Of a DNA stretch of 64,000 bases, positions 1 to 9,377 are shown piece by piece; positions within the stretch are counted from its first letter, which is position 1, and the number at the start of each line of letters is the position of its first letter. Made by a program: the position numbers and the translations under genes. This stretch comes from an uncultured bacterium. GTDB taxonomy: Bacteria; Verrucomicrobiota; Kiritimatiellia; RFP12; UBA1067. The stretch lies in NCBI GenBank assembly GCA_902770045.1, contig CACXRO010000017.1, positions 9,369 through 73,368 of the forward strand, read 5' to 3'. Below the pieces are notes generated by a model. The model did no database searches, was not told the origin of the DNA, and saw only the letters and a program-made list of their open reading frames with translations.

Positions 1-1083
1 GCAGCCTATACGGTTGCCAGGACGGGCGATGTCGACGTTGAGTACACTGCGAGGTTCGTGACCGCCGAGGAGGACAGGGCGGCGATAGCGCTGTCGGTCG
101 ACGGCGCGGCGCTTGCGGCGGACGCACCACGCCGGACGAATGTCTGGGCCGGCGTATACCTCGAATGGCCGGTTGCCGCGACGGCGCTTTCGGCGACGAC
201 GGTTAGGGTGACCGGGCTCCCTGCCGGGCTCAAGTTCGCGGCGAAGGACATAATGAAGAAGGGCTCGAAGACCGAGGTCGACATACCTGCAAACACGATC
301 TACGGGGCGCCGACCGCCGCGTCGAGGACGGACAAAGGAGGCAACGTTCTGCCCTCGAAGGCGGTGTTCACCGTCACGACCGCGGGCAGGTCGACGCGGA
401 CGTTCGCGATCGACCTCTTCGTTGACGCACTGCCCGTCTGGGCAGTCGGCTCGTTCGACGGTCTTGCCTGGGGCGGCGGGGGCGTGACCGGCGACGTGGG
501 GCTGGGTACGGTGTCGTTGGCGGTCGCGGCGAACGGCAAGGTCAGCGGCAAGCTGCTGGAAGGGGGCAGGACCTGGACGCTTGCGGCGACCTCGTTCGGA
601 AACGAGCTGGACGGAATCTTCTCGGCGGAGATCACGGCCAAGGTGGGCAAGGAGGCGGTCGCCGGCGAGGTAGTGGTCTCGGCGGACGGCGTCTCCGGGC
701 GGATGGCGTCCGAGCCGCCCGTTGCGTGGGGTGCCTGGCAGAACCTATGGAAGAGGGCGGACGCCAAGGCGGGGATGCCGGTCTTCAAGAAGAGTCTCGA
801 GCGGATGCTTCCGCTCGGCGAGGCAGGCGACGCCGACAACACGTTGAAGCTCACCTTCAAGAGGGACGGCGTTGTCGCCTTTGCCGGCAAGATTGGCGGC
901 GTGGGCGTTAGCGGCACGTCGCAGTTGGTGTTGGCTGGACGTGACGATCACCTGGCGCCGATGTATCAGGCGACTCTCTACGCACCGCCGAAGGCGAAGT
1001 TCGCGGGCTGGTGCGGCACGGTTGCGGTTCGGCTCGTCCTTGACGACCTGCTGGTCGTCGAGGATGTGGAACTGGACCCTTAG
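1..1083 (+). CDS. C-terminal part of a large surface/secreted protein with Ig-like repeats (5'-partial)
   Basis: Frame is open from base 1 (AAYTVARTGDVDVEY...) to TAG at 1083. Gly/Ala/Val/Thr-rich beta-type sequence (VTGLPAGLKF, VGSFDG). Confidence 0.6.
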   Translation, partial: AAYTVARTGDVDVEYTARFVTAEEDRAAIALSVDGAALAADAPRRTNVWAGVYLEWPVAATALSATTVRVTGLPAGLKFAAKDIMKKGSKTEVDIPANTIYGAPTAASRTDKGGNVLPSKAVFTVTTAGRSTRTFAIDLFVDALPVWAVGSFDGLAWGGGGVTGDVGLGTVSLAVAANGKVSGKLLEGGRTWTLAATSFGNELDGIFSAEITAKVGKEAVAGEVVVSADGVSGRMASEPPVAWGAWQNLWKRADAKAGMPVFKKSLERMLPLGEAGDADNTLKLTFKRDGVVAFAGKIGGVGVSGTSQLVLAGRDDHLAPMYQATLYAPPKAKFAGWCGTVAVRLVLDDLLVVEDVELDP

Positions 1084-1168
1084 CGCAGCAAGATCCGTAC
1101 CGCGCGTCTGAACCGCGAACCACGTGCCGCGATTTGTGGTATAATACGCGTCCAAAAGGTGCACAGGC

Positions 1169-2122
1169 ATGATGACGATCTACAGATGGGACAATGGAGC
1201 TCTCCGTGAGGCCACGGAGTTCTCGCCCTCGTGCTGGATAAACCTCGTCGAGCCGTCCACCACCGAGCTCGAGTCGGTGCTTTCCTTCAGCTCGGTGCCA
1301 CGCGACTTCCTCACCGACCCGCTCGACGCCGGCGAGAGACCGCGCTTCGACTGGGAGGACGACGCGATCATCCTCATCGTCCACGTGCCGATGGTCGAGC
1401 CCGAGGCCGAGGACGACGGCTGGACGATCCCCTACCGCACCGTCCCGCTCGGCATCATCCTCTGCCCGGGGACGGTGATCACCGTCTGCAGCGCGCGCAC
1501 CCCGGTCACCGCGGCGTTCCTCGACCAGATCCGCCGCGTCTGCCCGCCGTCCGACCGCTACCGCTTCGCCTTCCGCCTCCTCTGGCACGCCGGCGTCCTC
1601 TTCCTCCGCTACATCAACGACATCCACCAGCGCACCGCGGCGATCGAGGACGAGCTGCACGAGTCGATCTCCAACGAGTCGATCCTCAAGCTCTTCCAGA
1701 TCGAGAAGGCGCTCGTCTACTTCACCACCTCGCTCAAGGCCGACACCATCGCCCTCGCCCGCGCCAACACCGCGCGGCAGCTGACGCTCTCCGAGGACGA
1801 CCGCGACTCGCTCGAGGACGCGATGGTCGAGTACCAGCAGGCGCTGGAGACGGCGACAATCCACGCGAACATCCTCAACGGCACACTCGACACCTTCGCC
1901 TCGCTCATCAACAACAACCTCAACAACGTGATGAAGTACCTGACGGCGGCGACGATTTTGCTTGCGGTGCCGACGCTGGTGGCGTCCATCTACGGCATGA
2001 ACATCAACCTGCCGTTCCAGGGCCACGTGAACGCCTTCGCCATCGTGATGGGTCTTTCCGGGGTGCTGGCGGCGGTGATCGGCGCAATCTTCTACCTGCT
2101 CTCCCGCGCGCGCAAGTTCTGA
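1169..2122 (+). CDS. corA: CorA-family Mg2+/Co2+ transporter
   Basis: WINLVEP N-terminus, two C-terminal TM helices and the YGMN signature. TGGTATAAT promoter at about 1137-1145. Confidence 0.92.
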   Translation: MMTIYRWDNGALREATEFSPSCWINLVEPSTTELESVLSFSSVPRDFLTDPLDAGERPRFDWEDDAIILIVHVPMVEPEAEDDGWTIPYRTVPLGIILCPGTVITVCSARTPVTAAFLDQIRRVCPPSDRYRFAFRLLWHAGVLFLRYINDIHQRTAAIEDELHESISNESILKLFQIEKALVYFTTSLKADTIALARANTARQLTLSEDDRDSLEDAMVEYQQALETATIHANILNGTLDTFASLINNNLNNVMKYLTAATILLAVPTLVASIYGMNINLPFQGHVNAFAIVMGLSGVLAAVIGAIFYLLSRARKF

Positions 2123-3051
2123 TGGGCTCCGGCGCGCGAGGTTTGTCGCTCATGAGCGGCGGGCTCGACAGCCAGCTCGCGGTGCGCGTCCTCGAGCGCG
2201 CCGGCGCCGAGGTGGAGTGCGTCGCGTTCGAAAGCCCGTTCTTCTCCGCCGACGCGGCCCGCCGCGCCGCCGCGGCGCTCGGCGCGAAGCTGCGCGTCGT
2301 GGACTTCACCGCCGACATCATTTCGCTCGTCAAGTCTCCGCCCCACGGCTTCGGCGGCGCGATGAACCCGTGCATCGACTGCCACGCGGCGATGATCCGC
2401 CGCGCCGGCGAGATGATGGCCGCGGAGGGGCTCGACTTCGTCGCCACCGGCGAGGTGCGCGGACAGCGGCCGATGAGCCAGAACGCGCAGTCGCTCCTGA
2501 CGGTCGAGAAGGCGTCGGGGCTGAAGGGGCGGCTGGTGCGCCCGCTGAGCGCGAAGCTGCTGGAGCCGACCATCCCCGAGCTGGAGGGCAAGCTCGACCG
2601 CGAGCGGCTGCTCGACATCTCGGGCCGCTCCCGCGAGCGGCAGATCGCGCTCGCCGCGGAGTTCGGCATCGTCGACTACCCGAGCCCCGCCGGCGGGTGC
2701 AAGCTCACCGAGGAGGCGTTCTCGCGGCGGCTCGACGACCTGATGCGCCACGAGGGGCTCGACGACCTCGGCCTCGTGGGGATGCTCAAGTACGGACGCC
2801 GGTTCCGCCTGGAGGGCGGCAGCCTGGTGGTGCTCGGACGCGACCGCGGCGAAAACGAGTTCCTCGAGAGTTTCCGGTTTAATGGCTCGCGCCTGTTCCG
2901 TCCTTCCGGCGACAGGATCGGCGCGACGGCGTTCGTCCCCCGCCTCGCTTCGCCGGAGGACGCGGCGACGGCGCAGGCGATCGTCGACGCCTACGCGAAG
3001 GGGACTGTCCCCGCCGACCGCGAGACGTTCCGGCGCTGGCAGATCATTTAG
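2122..3051 (+). CDS. PP-loop tRNA sulfurtransferase (ThiI/MnmA-like, DUF814-type C-terminus)
   Basis: SGGLDS PP-loop, NPCIDCH, ATGEVRGQRPMSQ and PSPAGGC motifs. ATG overlaps the corA stop. True start lies inside ORF 1231..3051. Confidence 0.8.
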   Translation: MGSGARGLSLMSGGLDSQLAVRVLERAGAEVECVAFESPFFSADAARRAAAALGAKLRVVDFTADIISLVKSPPHGFGGAMNPCIDCHAAMIRRAGEMMAAEGLDFVATGEVRGQRPMSQNAQSLLTVEKASGLKGRLVRPLSAKLLEPTIPELEGKLDRERLLDISGRSRERQIALAAEFGIVDYPSPAGGCKLTEEAFSRRLDDLMRHEGLDDLGLVGMLKYGRRFRLEGGSLVVLGRDRGENEFLESFRFNGSRLFRPSGDRIGATAFVPRLASPEDAATAQAIVDAYAKGTVPADRETFRRWQII

Positions 3052-3054
3052 GCG

Positions 3055-3753
3055 ATGAAGACGGCGCGCGGACACAAGGTCGGGTTTTTCGACAGCGGGG
3101 TCGGGGGACTGAGCGTCCTCCGCGCGTTTCAGGCGCTGTGTCCGGAAGTGGAGACGGAGTATCTCGCCGATTCGGCGCATGCGCCCTACGGAAACCGTCC
3201 GGCGGAGGAGATTGCGCGCCTCTCGGAGGCGAACGCCGAGGAGCTGATCGCGCGCGGCTGCGACGTGGTGGTGGTGGCCTGCAACACCGCGACGGCGGCG
3301 GCGATCGACCTGCTGCGGCGGAAGCACCCGGAGATTCCTTTTGTCGGCATGGAGCCGGCGGTCAAGCCTGCCGCGCTGCGCTCGAAGTCAGGCGTCGTGG
3401 CGGTGCTGGCGACGGCCGGCACCTTCAGGGGCCGGCTCTACAACGAGACGAAGGGACGCTACGCCGGCGGGGTGAAGGTAATCGCGGCGGTGGCGGACGA
3501 GTTCGTCGCTGAGGCGGAGCGCATCAGAGGCGCACCTTACGCCGAATGGACCGAGGCCGACCGCGCGCGCATCATCGGGATCGTCCGTGCGCGGGTGGAG
3601 CCGCTTCTTGACGCGGGTGCGGACGTGATCGTGCTCGGCTGCACCCATTTCCCGCTGCTCATCGGCGCGATCGAGGAGGTCTGCGCCGGCCGCGCCGAGG
3701 TAATCGACCCCTCGCCGGCCGTCGCGCGCCAGATCCGCCGCGTCCTCGCTTAG
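3055..3753 (+). CDS. murI: Glutamate racemase
   Basis: FDSGVGGLSV, ACNTA and LGCTHFP catalytic motifs. Confidence 0.95.
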   Translation: MKTARGHKVGFFDSGVGGLSVLRAFQALCPEVETEYLADSAHAPYGNRPAEEIARLSEANAEELIARGCDVVVVACNTATAAAIDLLRRKHPEIPFVGMEPAVKPAALRSKSGVVAVLATAGTFRGRLYNETKGRYAGGVKVIAAVADEFVAEAERIRGAPYAEWTEADRARIIGIVRARVEPLLDAGADVIVLGCTHFPLLIGAIEEVCAGRAEVIDPSPAVARQIRRVLA

Positions 3754-3861
3754 CTTAGTTTCGGCTTGCGTTGTGGTTTGGGGGTGTAACCTTTCCCGGT
3801 CTCGGGTGTAGACAGGGTAGAAAGCGAGCGCCTAAAGGGCGCCAGACGATTTACCCCCCGC

Positions 3862-3892
3862 GCCCCCCGGTTCAACCGGGGGGCCATTTTTT
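3862..3892 (+). terminator. Rho-independent terminator-like hairpin
   Basis: GCCCCCCGG-TTCAA-CCGGGGGGC followed by CATTTTTT, downstream of the corA-murI run. Confidence 0.65.
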
Positions 3893-3950
3893 CGCCGTCG
3901 CGCGCCAGCTCCCCCGCGAGCCGCACCTCCGCGGCGGCTGACGCCTTGTT

Positions 3951-5057
3951 TCATCGACGCAGGAGCCATTCACCGAAAAACGGGCTGACAAAGCGATATT
4001 CGCCGTCGTAGTTGTATATGATGTCTTCGCGTTCAAGTTTCTCGACGGCCTTTTTCACCGATGCCGCATTAAAGATCTGCGCCTCGGCGAGGAATGCGCT
4101 GGAGAATATCTCCTTGCCGCCGCGCTCGGCGATGGTGCGGAGAACGCGCGTCTGCAGTGCCGTAAGCTGCTTGATCGCGAAAGTGAAGTGATCGTGTTCC
4201 CTGGCGAATATGATTGCAAGTGCCTTTTTGATGTCGGATTCCTCGAGTGTCGTTCCGTTGTCGCTCATCTGCCAGAGCGCATCGCAGAGTTCTTGGACAA
4301 AGCCAGGAGTTTCGTGCGCAGTGTGGGCGATGGCGTCGAACACTAGGCGCGGGAGTATTCGTCCGCCGGTGGCAAAGCGCCGCTTTATGAATTCGAAGAA
4401 GTCGTCCGCATCGATGTTTCCGACCTTGAAGGAGGCGGCGGAATGGTAGAACGGGCTGGAATACTTGAAGAATATCTCAGCCATCTTGTTACGAACGCTG
4501 CCGAGGAAAATATACGGAGTGTTTGCGTCGAGTTGGATCCTGGAGCGCAGTACGGCGAGCGTCCTTTCCCCGTCGTCTATGTCGAGTATGTCCTGAAATT
4601 CGTCGAGCAGGACGCATATCTTACGCCGCTTTGTTTGCTCCAGGAGCACGTCAAGCACGGAGTCGAGCGTCGTTGGTTCGGCGGCAACCCGTGCGTCAAC
4701 TGTTACCGTCGGAGAGCCGGATGACGGGTCGATGGAAACAGTCGGCCTGAGGTGCGCAAGCATGCGTAAGGTCTTTGTCGCCCAGCTTTCGGAATCCTCA
4801 AGACGCGCGATGGCGGCGACAAGTCTGCGGCAGACGTCTGCCTGGTCACGCACGCAGAGGAAATCGGCGTGGAAGAGGGCGATGTTTTTCATGTGGCGCA
4901 CGGTTTCGATCACTAGGGAGGTTTTCCCAGTTCTGCGGTCGCCCTGCATGACGACATTCTGTCCGGATTCTATGCGCGAGGCAAGTTCGCGTTCAAGTAC
5001 AGGGCGTGGGCAGAAGAAGTCTCCATTGACTGTGCAGCCGTATCTGAATGGATTCAT
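3951..5057 (-). CDS. AAA+/P-loop ATP-binding protein (archaeal ATPase-like) with C-terminal winged helix
   Basis: Walker A GDRRTGKT, Walker B LLDEFQ, IFLGS motif. Confidence 0.85.
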   Translation of the reverse strand: MNPFRYGCTVNGDFFCPRPVLERELASRIESGQNVVMQGDRRTGKTSLVIETVRHMKNIALFHADFLCVRDQADVCRRLVAAIARLEDSESWATKTLRMLAHLRPTVSIDPSSGSPTVTVDARVAAEPTTLDSVLDVLLEQTKRRKICVLLDEFQDILDIDDGERTLAVLRSRIQLDANTPYIFLGSVRNKMAEIFFKYSSPFYHSAASFKVGNIDADDFFEFIKRRFATGGRILPRLVFDAIAHTAHETPGFVQELCDALWQMSDNGTTLEESDIKKALAIIFAREHDHFTFAIKQLTALQTRVLRTIAERGGKEIFSSAFLAEAQIFNAASVKKAVEKLEREDIIYNYDGEYRFVSPFFGEWLLRR

Positions 5058-5223
5058 AATGGTTTCCTTTTTTTATTCATGTTCGTTATGTCAATTGGTA
5101 TTATACCATTTGGTATTATGCTATTTGGCATAACGTCTGTAGTATAGCATATTTTGATGTACTAGCGCAACTGGGCCATTTTTGAACCGATTCTGATGAC
5201 GCTACCGCGGCAGTTTGCGCGGC

Positions 5224-5317
5224 GCGAAAATCCCTGCCCAACCGGGTGGGGATTTTTGGTATAATTCACTCATCCCGCGAGGCGGAAGACGCGACGCGGG
5301 GTGATAGTCCGGGAAAC
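5224..5317 (+). repeat. Cassette-head repeat R, copy 1 (short): hairpin + TGGTATAAT promoter + leader stem-loop
   Basis: Near-identical to the first ~94 bp of 5918.. and 7741... Confidence 0.9.
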
Positions 5318-5336
5318 CAAGTTGGAGTTGTAGTAA

Positions 5337-5891
5337 ATGGACCAAAGCATAGTTGTCTACGAAAATGGCGATAACCTTCGTCTTCAGGTAAAGACCGATG
5401 GCGAAACAGTATGGCTTACCCAGGAGCAGATGTGTCAACTGTTTGGGCGGAATCAGTCGGTCATTGCTCGGCACATAGCCAACATCTTTAAGGAGGGGGA
5501 GTTGGAGAAAGAAGTGGTATATGCAAAATTTGCATATACCACTCGTCATGGTGCGATTGCTGGCAAAACGCAGATAAAAGAGGTAGGTCTATACAACCTT
5601 GATGTCGTCATCTCCGTGGGCTACCGCGTGAAATCCATACAGGGAACGAGGTTCCGTCAATGGGCCACGCGGATGCTTCGCGAGATGCTGTTGAAGCGAG
5701 TGGACGAGGTTCGGGAGATCGCCAAGTTGCGGCGGCGCATGGATGCCGCGGAAGGCGACATCAAGCAGATCAAGGGCGGCATGAGCTATCTTGTGAAGCA
5801 GCTGTCGGCACCTGAAACCCCGCGCCGCAAGATTGGGTTCGGCGCCAAGCCCGGCGAGACATCGGCAACCCCATACGGCCGCGCCAAGTAG
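5337..5891 (+). CDS. Virulence RhuM-family DNA-binding protein (short form)
   Basis: ETVWLTQEQMCQLF, HIANIFKEGEL, YNLDVVISVGYRVKS, FRQWAT motifs; RRKIGF tail. Confidence 0.85.
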   Translation: MDQSIVVYENGDNLRLQVKTDGETVWLTQEQMCQLFGRNQSVIARHIANIFKEGELEKEVVYAKFAYTTRHGAIAGKTQIKEVGLYNLDVVISVGYRVKSIQGTRFRQWATRMLREMLLKRVDEVREIAKLRRRMDAAEGDIKQIKGGMSYLVKQLSAPETPRRKIGFGAKPGETSATPYGRAK

Positions 5892-5917
5892 CCTCAGAAT
5901 TCGCCAATTTGTACGCT

Positions 5918-6250
5918 GCGAAAATCCCTGCCCAACCGGGCGGGGATTTTTGGTATAATTCACTCATCCCGCGAGGCGGAAGACGCGACGCGGGGTGATA
6001 GTCCGGAAAACGGGCAAGTAGTCAGGCCTCCCCGCGCCATGCGCGGCCGCCGCGAACGCCCCGCCAGACGTTCATCAATGTAGCATCAACGCTACACGTC
6101 GTTCGCACGAAATACGACCAACATTTCAAATCAGAACGGCACCAAGCGCAAATACGCCTGCTTTGGGCGCACTTTGTCTCTGTGTATTCTGATTGAGCCT
6201 TTGGTCGGGCTTCGTGCGAGTGCATGGGATAAGGTGCGCTCTTATTTTAT
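5918..6250 (+). repeat. Cassette-head repeat R, copy 2 (long)
   Basis: Aligns with 7741..8070: first ~200 bp nearly identical, the rest with conserved blocks. Confidence 0.9.
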
Positions 6251-6989
6251 GTATCGAAGGTGGTTTTTCGGCGGCAAAATATTGCGCAAGCAACAAAGGA
6301 AAAATCAAATGAGAAAAGACCCAGATCGCGAATACATGTATTCGCACTACCACCTCGACTGGGGGGAGGACTGGATTCGCACGCCGCGATACGGTTTTCC
6401 CTTGATAAAGCCAACAACACTCGTACCTGAACGTATGGTACCATTCGACAAGATTCGAAAATGGCGGCTTGAAGGAGCATGCGTCGAGTTCCATCTCGCA
6501 GATAGGCGCATAGATTGTGCCTGGTTGCATCCAGAGCGCTACATTGATCATTTGCGGAAGGCAGCATGTGTTGCCACGCCAGACTTTTCGGTTTTGCCTC
6601 GCATGGAGCGGGCGGACGTCATTCACAACGTTTCACGTTCGCTTCGTCTTGGGCGTCATTTCCAGAGCTTCGGGATAGAAGTGCTAATTACGGCTATATG
6701 GGCGCTTCCCGACACATACGACATTTGCTTCGAGGCGTTACCGCGAAACGCAATCCTCCTTGTGTCCACTGTTGGGAGCATGAATGATGTTGCTTCGCGA
6801 GGGATCTTGCGCGACGGATTGAAGGCCTTGTGCGAGCGCAAATCACCCAAAGGACTTGTTATCTATGGGAAGATGCCGAACTTAGATTTCGACATTCCGG
6901 TTGTCAGGCACTTTGAGCGATGTAATCCTACCGTTGATGGCGGATATCAGCCGGAACTTCAATTCAATTCAAAGGAAGGATGGTGCTGA
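6249..6989 (+). CDS. DUF4417-family protein
   Basis: RYGFPLIKP, VEFHLADRRIDCAW, ATPDFSVLP, ITAIWA...TYDICFEALP motifs. Start codon uncertain (6174, 6249 or 6309). Confidence 0.75.
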   Translation: MYRRWFFGGKILRKQQRKNQMRKDPDREYMYSHYHLDWGEDWIRTPRYGFPLIKPTTLVPERMVPFDKIRKWRLEGACVEFHLADRRIDCAWLHPERYIDHLRKAACVATPDFSVLPRMERADVIHNVSRSLRLGRHFQSFGIEVLITAIWALPDTYDICFEALPRNAILLVSTVGSMNDVASRGILRDGLKALCERKSPKGLVIYGKMPNLDFDIPVVRHFERCNPTVDGGYQPELQFNSKEGWC

Positions 6990-6990
6990 C

Positions 6991-7395
6991 ATGGGCTCAC
7001 GAAGAGAATGGGAATCGTCAAGGCATTTTTCGCTATATTTCGAGAGTCACTACCACAATGTTGCAATGGTCGATGGCGTGAAGGTGCTTCAGTATAACGA
7101 CAGGCCGAACTCCGCGTTGCCAGAGTACGCCAAGACGTCCGAGGCGTATCTGTCAATCAACCGGGAAGGTGAGATTCTACATCTTCGGATATACAAAGAC
7201 CACTTTCCCGTTATGGAGATTGACATTGGCCATTGGCAACATTACGGTAAAAGCAGGGGGTATGTCCATGTCCACGATTATGCCAAAGGCAGTGACGGAT
7301 ATCCGCAACGGCTTTCGCCAGGTAGGGATATCACTCCCGCAGAAGAAGCGAAATATGGTAAAATACTCATGCACATGAAAGGAACGCTCAAATGA
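6991..7395 (+). CDS. Small toxin-like protein with HxH motif (polymorphic-toxin-like)
   Basis: MGSR start, EIDIGH...HVHD motif, RBS AAGGAAGGA, 4-bp overlap with the next gene. Confidence 0.45.
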   Translation: MGSRREWESSRHFSLYFESHYHNVAMVDGVKVLQYNDRPNSALPEYAKTSEAYLSINREGEILHLRIYKDHFPVMEIDIGHWQHYGKSRGYVHVHDYAKGSDGYPQRLSPGRDITPAEEAKYGKILMHMKGTLK

Positions 7396-7721
7396 GAACT
7401 GCATTGGAAAAATTGGAATCAGCCATACAGGCAGAGAATGAAGGGCGTGAACATATGCTTTTTATTCTGTTCAAGTATGGAGGCTTTGAATTTGAATACC
7501 AGGGCCGTTATTATGCATATGTGCGTCCGATCGGAGACTGCCGAGGATGCGTTGAGGACGAGTATGGGTGGAGCGGCTTCGACGAAATGCTCGATGCCAC
7601 CATCACGCAGACGGGCAAGACCGTTCGCGAGATGCTTGCTGAAATTCCAGAACATGCCCTAGAAATCACCTTTGATTCGCCGACCCTGCCGCCTAATGCG
7701 GTTGTTGTCGATGAGGTGTGA
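7392..7721 (+). CDS. Small acidic hypothetical protein (candidate immunity protein)
   Basis: ATGA-coupled to the upstream gene. FEFEYQGRYY and FDEMLDATI...GKTVREML motifs. Confidence 0.45.
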   Translation: MRTALEKLESAIQAENEGREHMLFILFKYGGFEFEYQGRYYAYVRPIGDCRGCVEDEYGWSGFDEMLDATITQTGKTVREMLAEIPEHALEITFDSPTLPPNAVVVDEV

Positions 7722-7740
7722 GGACACAGCGGATAATTCC

Positions 7741-8070
7741 GCGAAAATCCCCGCCCAACCGGGCGGGGATTTTTGGTATAATTCACGCATCCCGCGAGGC
7801 GGAAGACGCGGCGCGGGGTGATAGTCCGGAAAACGGGCAAGTAGTCAGGCCTCCCCGCGCCCCGCGCGGCCGCCGCGAACGCCCCGCCAGACGTCCATCA
7901 ATGTAGCATCAACGCTACACGTCGTTCAGCCAAAATACGACCAATATTTTATTCCAGAACGACCTGTATGTGGAGATGCGCCCAGCTGGGCGCATTTTCC
8001 CTTCATGTATTCTGGAAAGGCCTTTGGTCGGGCTTGGCTGAGTGCATGAGAGGAAATGCGCTCTTTTTAT
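7741..8070 (+). repeat. Cassette-head repeat R, copy 3 (long)
   Basis: Perfect hairpin AAAATCCCCGCCC-AACC-GGGCGGGGATTTT, then TGGTATAAT, then the shared leader. Confidence 0.9.
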
Positions 8071-8210
8071 GCACAAGAATCCCCTTGCGGCGATAAGCGC
8101 TATTGGCAATGGGGACAAAGTTCCACAGCAGGCAAGGAAACGTAGCAGTTATGGCCGTTGCGATAATCGCGACGTCCTTGCTTCCGTTGTCTCCATCTAT
8201 TGGAGGGCAA

Positions 8211-9377
8211 ATGGGTGGTGATAACGTGGATGTAAATGTGTCAAGACATCTAGGAGTTGTTGGACGAGTCAATCTTGGCAGCTTCTATACACCAGCAAAA
8301 TACGTTCGAATAGCTTCGGAGTGGTTGCTTGCGCATGGCATTGGAGATGGTTGGACGATAGCCGATCTTTCATGTGGATACGGAGCGTTCTTTGAGTTGT
8401 CTGAAGTGGAAGGACTGCATGGCTGCCGATATGTTGGCAATGACATAGATCATGATGCGGTTAAAAAGGCAAAAGCGGCGTTTCCGAATGTCAGGTTTTG
8501 CGAATGTAATGCGCTTGTCGATGTTTCGCGGGAGAAATTTGGGATTGGTGCTTGTGACAAGCTTGTAATTGTCGGCAATCCTCCATATAACGATGTCACT
8601 TCGCAGATTAACCAGACCATAAAGAACAATTCGATTCCAATTGATTCGGATTTGAGGACCAGAGATATTGGCATGTCATCCTTGCTGGCGTATGATAAAC
8701 TTAAAGCAGAGTATGTTTTAGTGCTTCACCCTTTATCGTACATGATTAAAAAAGCAAACTTCTCCGTAACTCAGAAGTTCTTCAGAAATTATGAACTTGT
8801 TGAGCATGTGGTTTTTTCAAGTCAGGAGTTTGCGGGGACTTCAAGGCTTGCCGGATTTCCGGTTATTGTTGCTATGTACAGGAGAAATGAAGGCAACGGA
8901 CTTAGTTATGCAGATGTTTTCAGAATTTGGTTCCATACCGTCGATGGCAAATCATTTTCTCTTTCCGGATTTGACTATGTCACAGATGAGATAGACAAAT
9001 ACCCTGGCAAACAAAGATACACACCTGAAATCTTGTTCTATACTATGCGCGACATCAACGCTTTGCGGCGCAGTCGGACATTCTTGCAGGAGCGAATAGC
9101 AAATGCGATTGATGTCAATCCGGAAAAACTTGCTTACTACTGTTATGTTGATTGTTTCAAGCGATATGCAGAAGTGCCATATTATCTTGGCAATTTCAAT
9201 GTCCCTTTTGTTCGGGCAGAGTTCGCGTCAATATCAAATGATGTGACGAGGGTCTCAATGCACGGACATCCTGAAATTTTCGGTAGCAAGCAGGAGCCAG
9301 ATGCTTGCACTGTGGCAAGGGTTAAACAGTACATCGCAAAGGCATTACAAGGAAAGGAAACAAACAATGCAAACTGA
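8211..9377 (+). CDS. N6-adenine DNA methyltransferase, M.PabI-like
   Basis: RVNLGSFYTP, motif I DLSCGYGAF, motif IV GNPPY. RBS GGAGGG before ATG 8211. Confidence 0.85.
   Translation: MGGDNVDVNVSRHLGVVGRVNLGSFYTPAKYVRIASEWLLAHGIGDGWTIADLSCGYGAFFELSEVEGLHGCRYVGNDIDHDAVKKAKAAFPNVRFCECNALVDVSREKFGIGACDKLVIVGNPPYNDVTSQINQTIKNNSIPIDSDLRTRDIGMSSLLAYDKLKAEYVLVLHPLSYMIKKANFSVTQKFFRNYELVEHVVFSSQEFAGTSRLAGFPVIVAMYRRNEGNGLSYADVFRIWFHTVDGKSFSLSGFDYVTDEIDKYPGKQRYTPEILFYTMRDINALRRSRTFLQERIANAIDVNPEKLAYYCYVDCFKRYAEVPYYLGNFNVPFVRAEFASISNDVTRVSMHGHPEIFGSKQEPDACTVARVKQYIAKALQGKETNNAN

Noticed and set aside
3755-3892. tRNA or tmRNA integration site at the left edge of the first island
   Set aside because: No cloverleaf, no 7-nt T-loop with CCA end, and no tag-peptide frame recognised.
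5224-8070. R repeats as integron attC sites
   Set aside because: GCCCAAC fits RYYYAAC, but there is no properly placed complementary GTTRRRY. The repeats contain promoters and no IntI is present.
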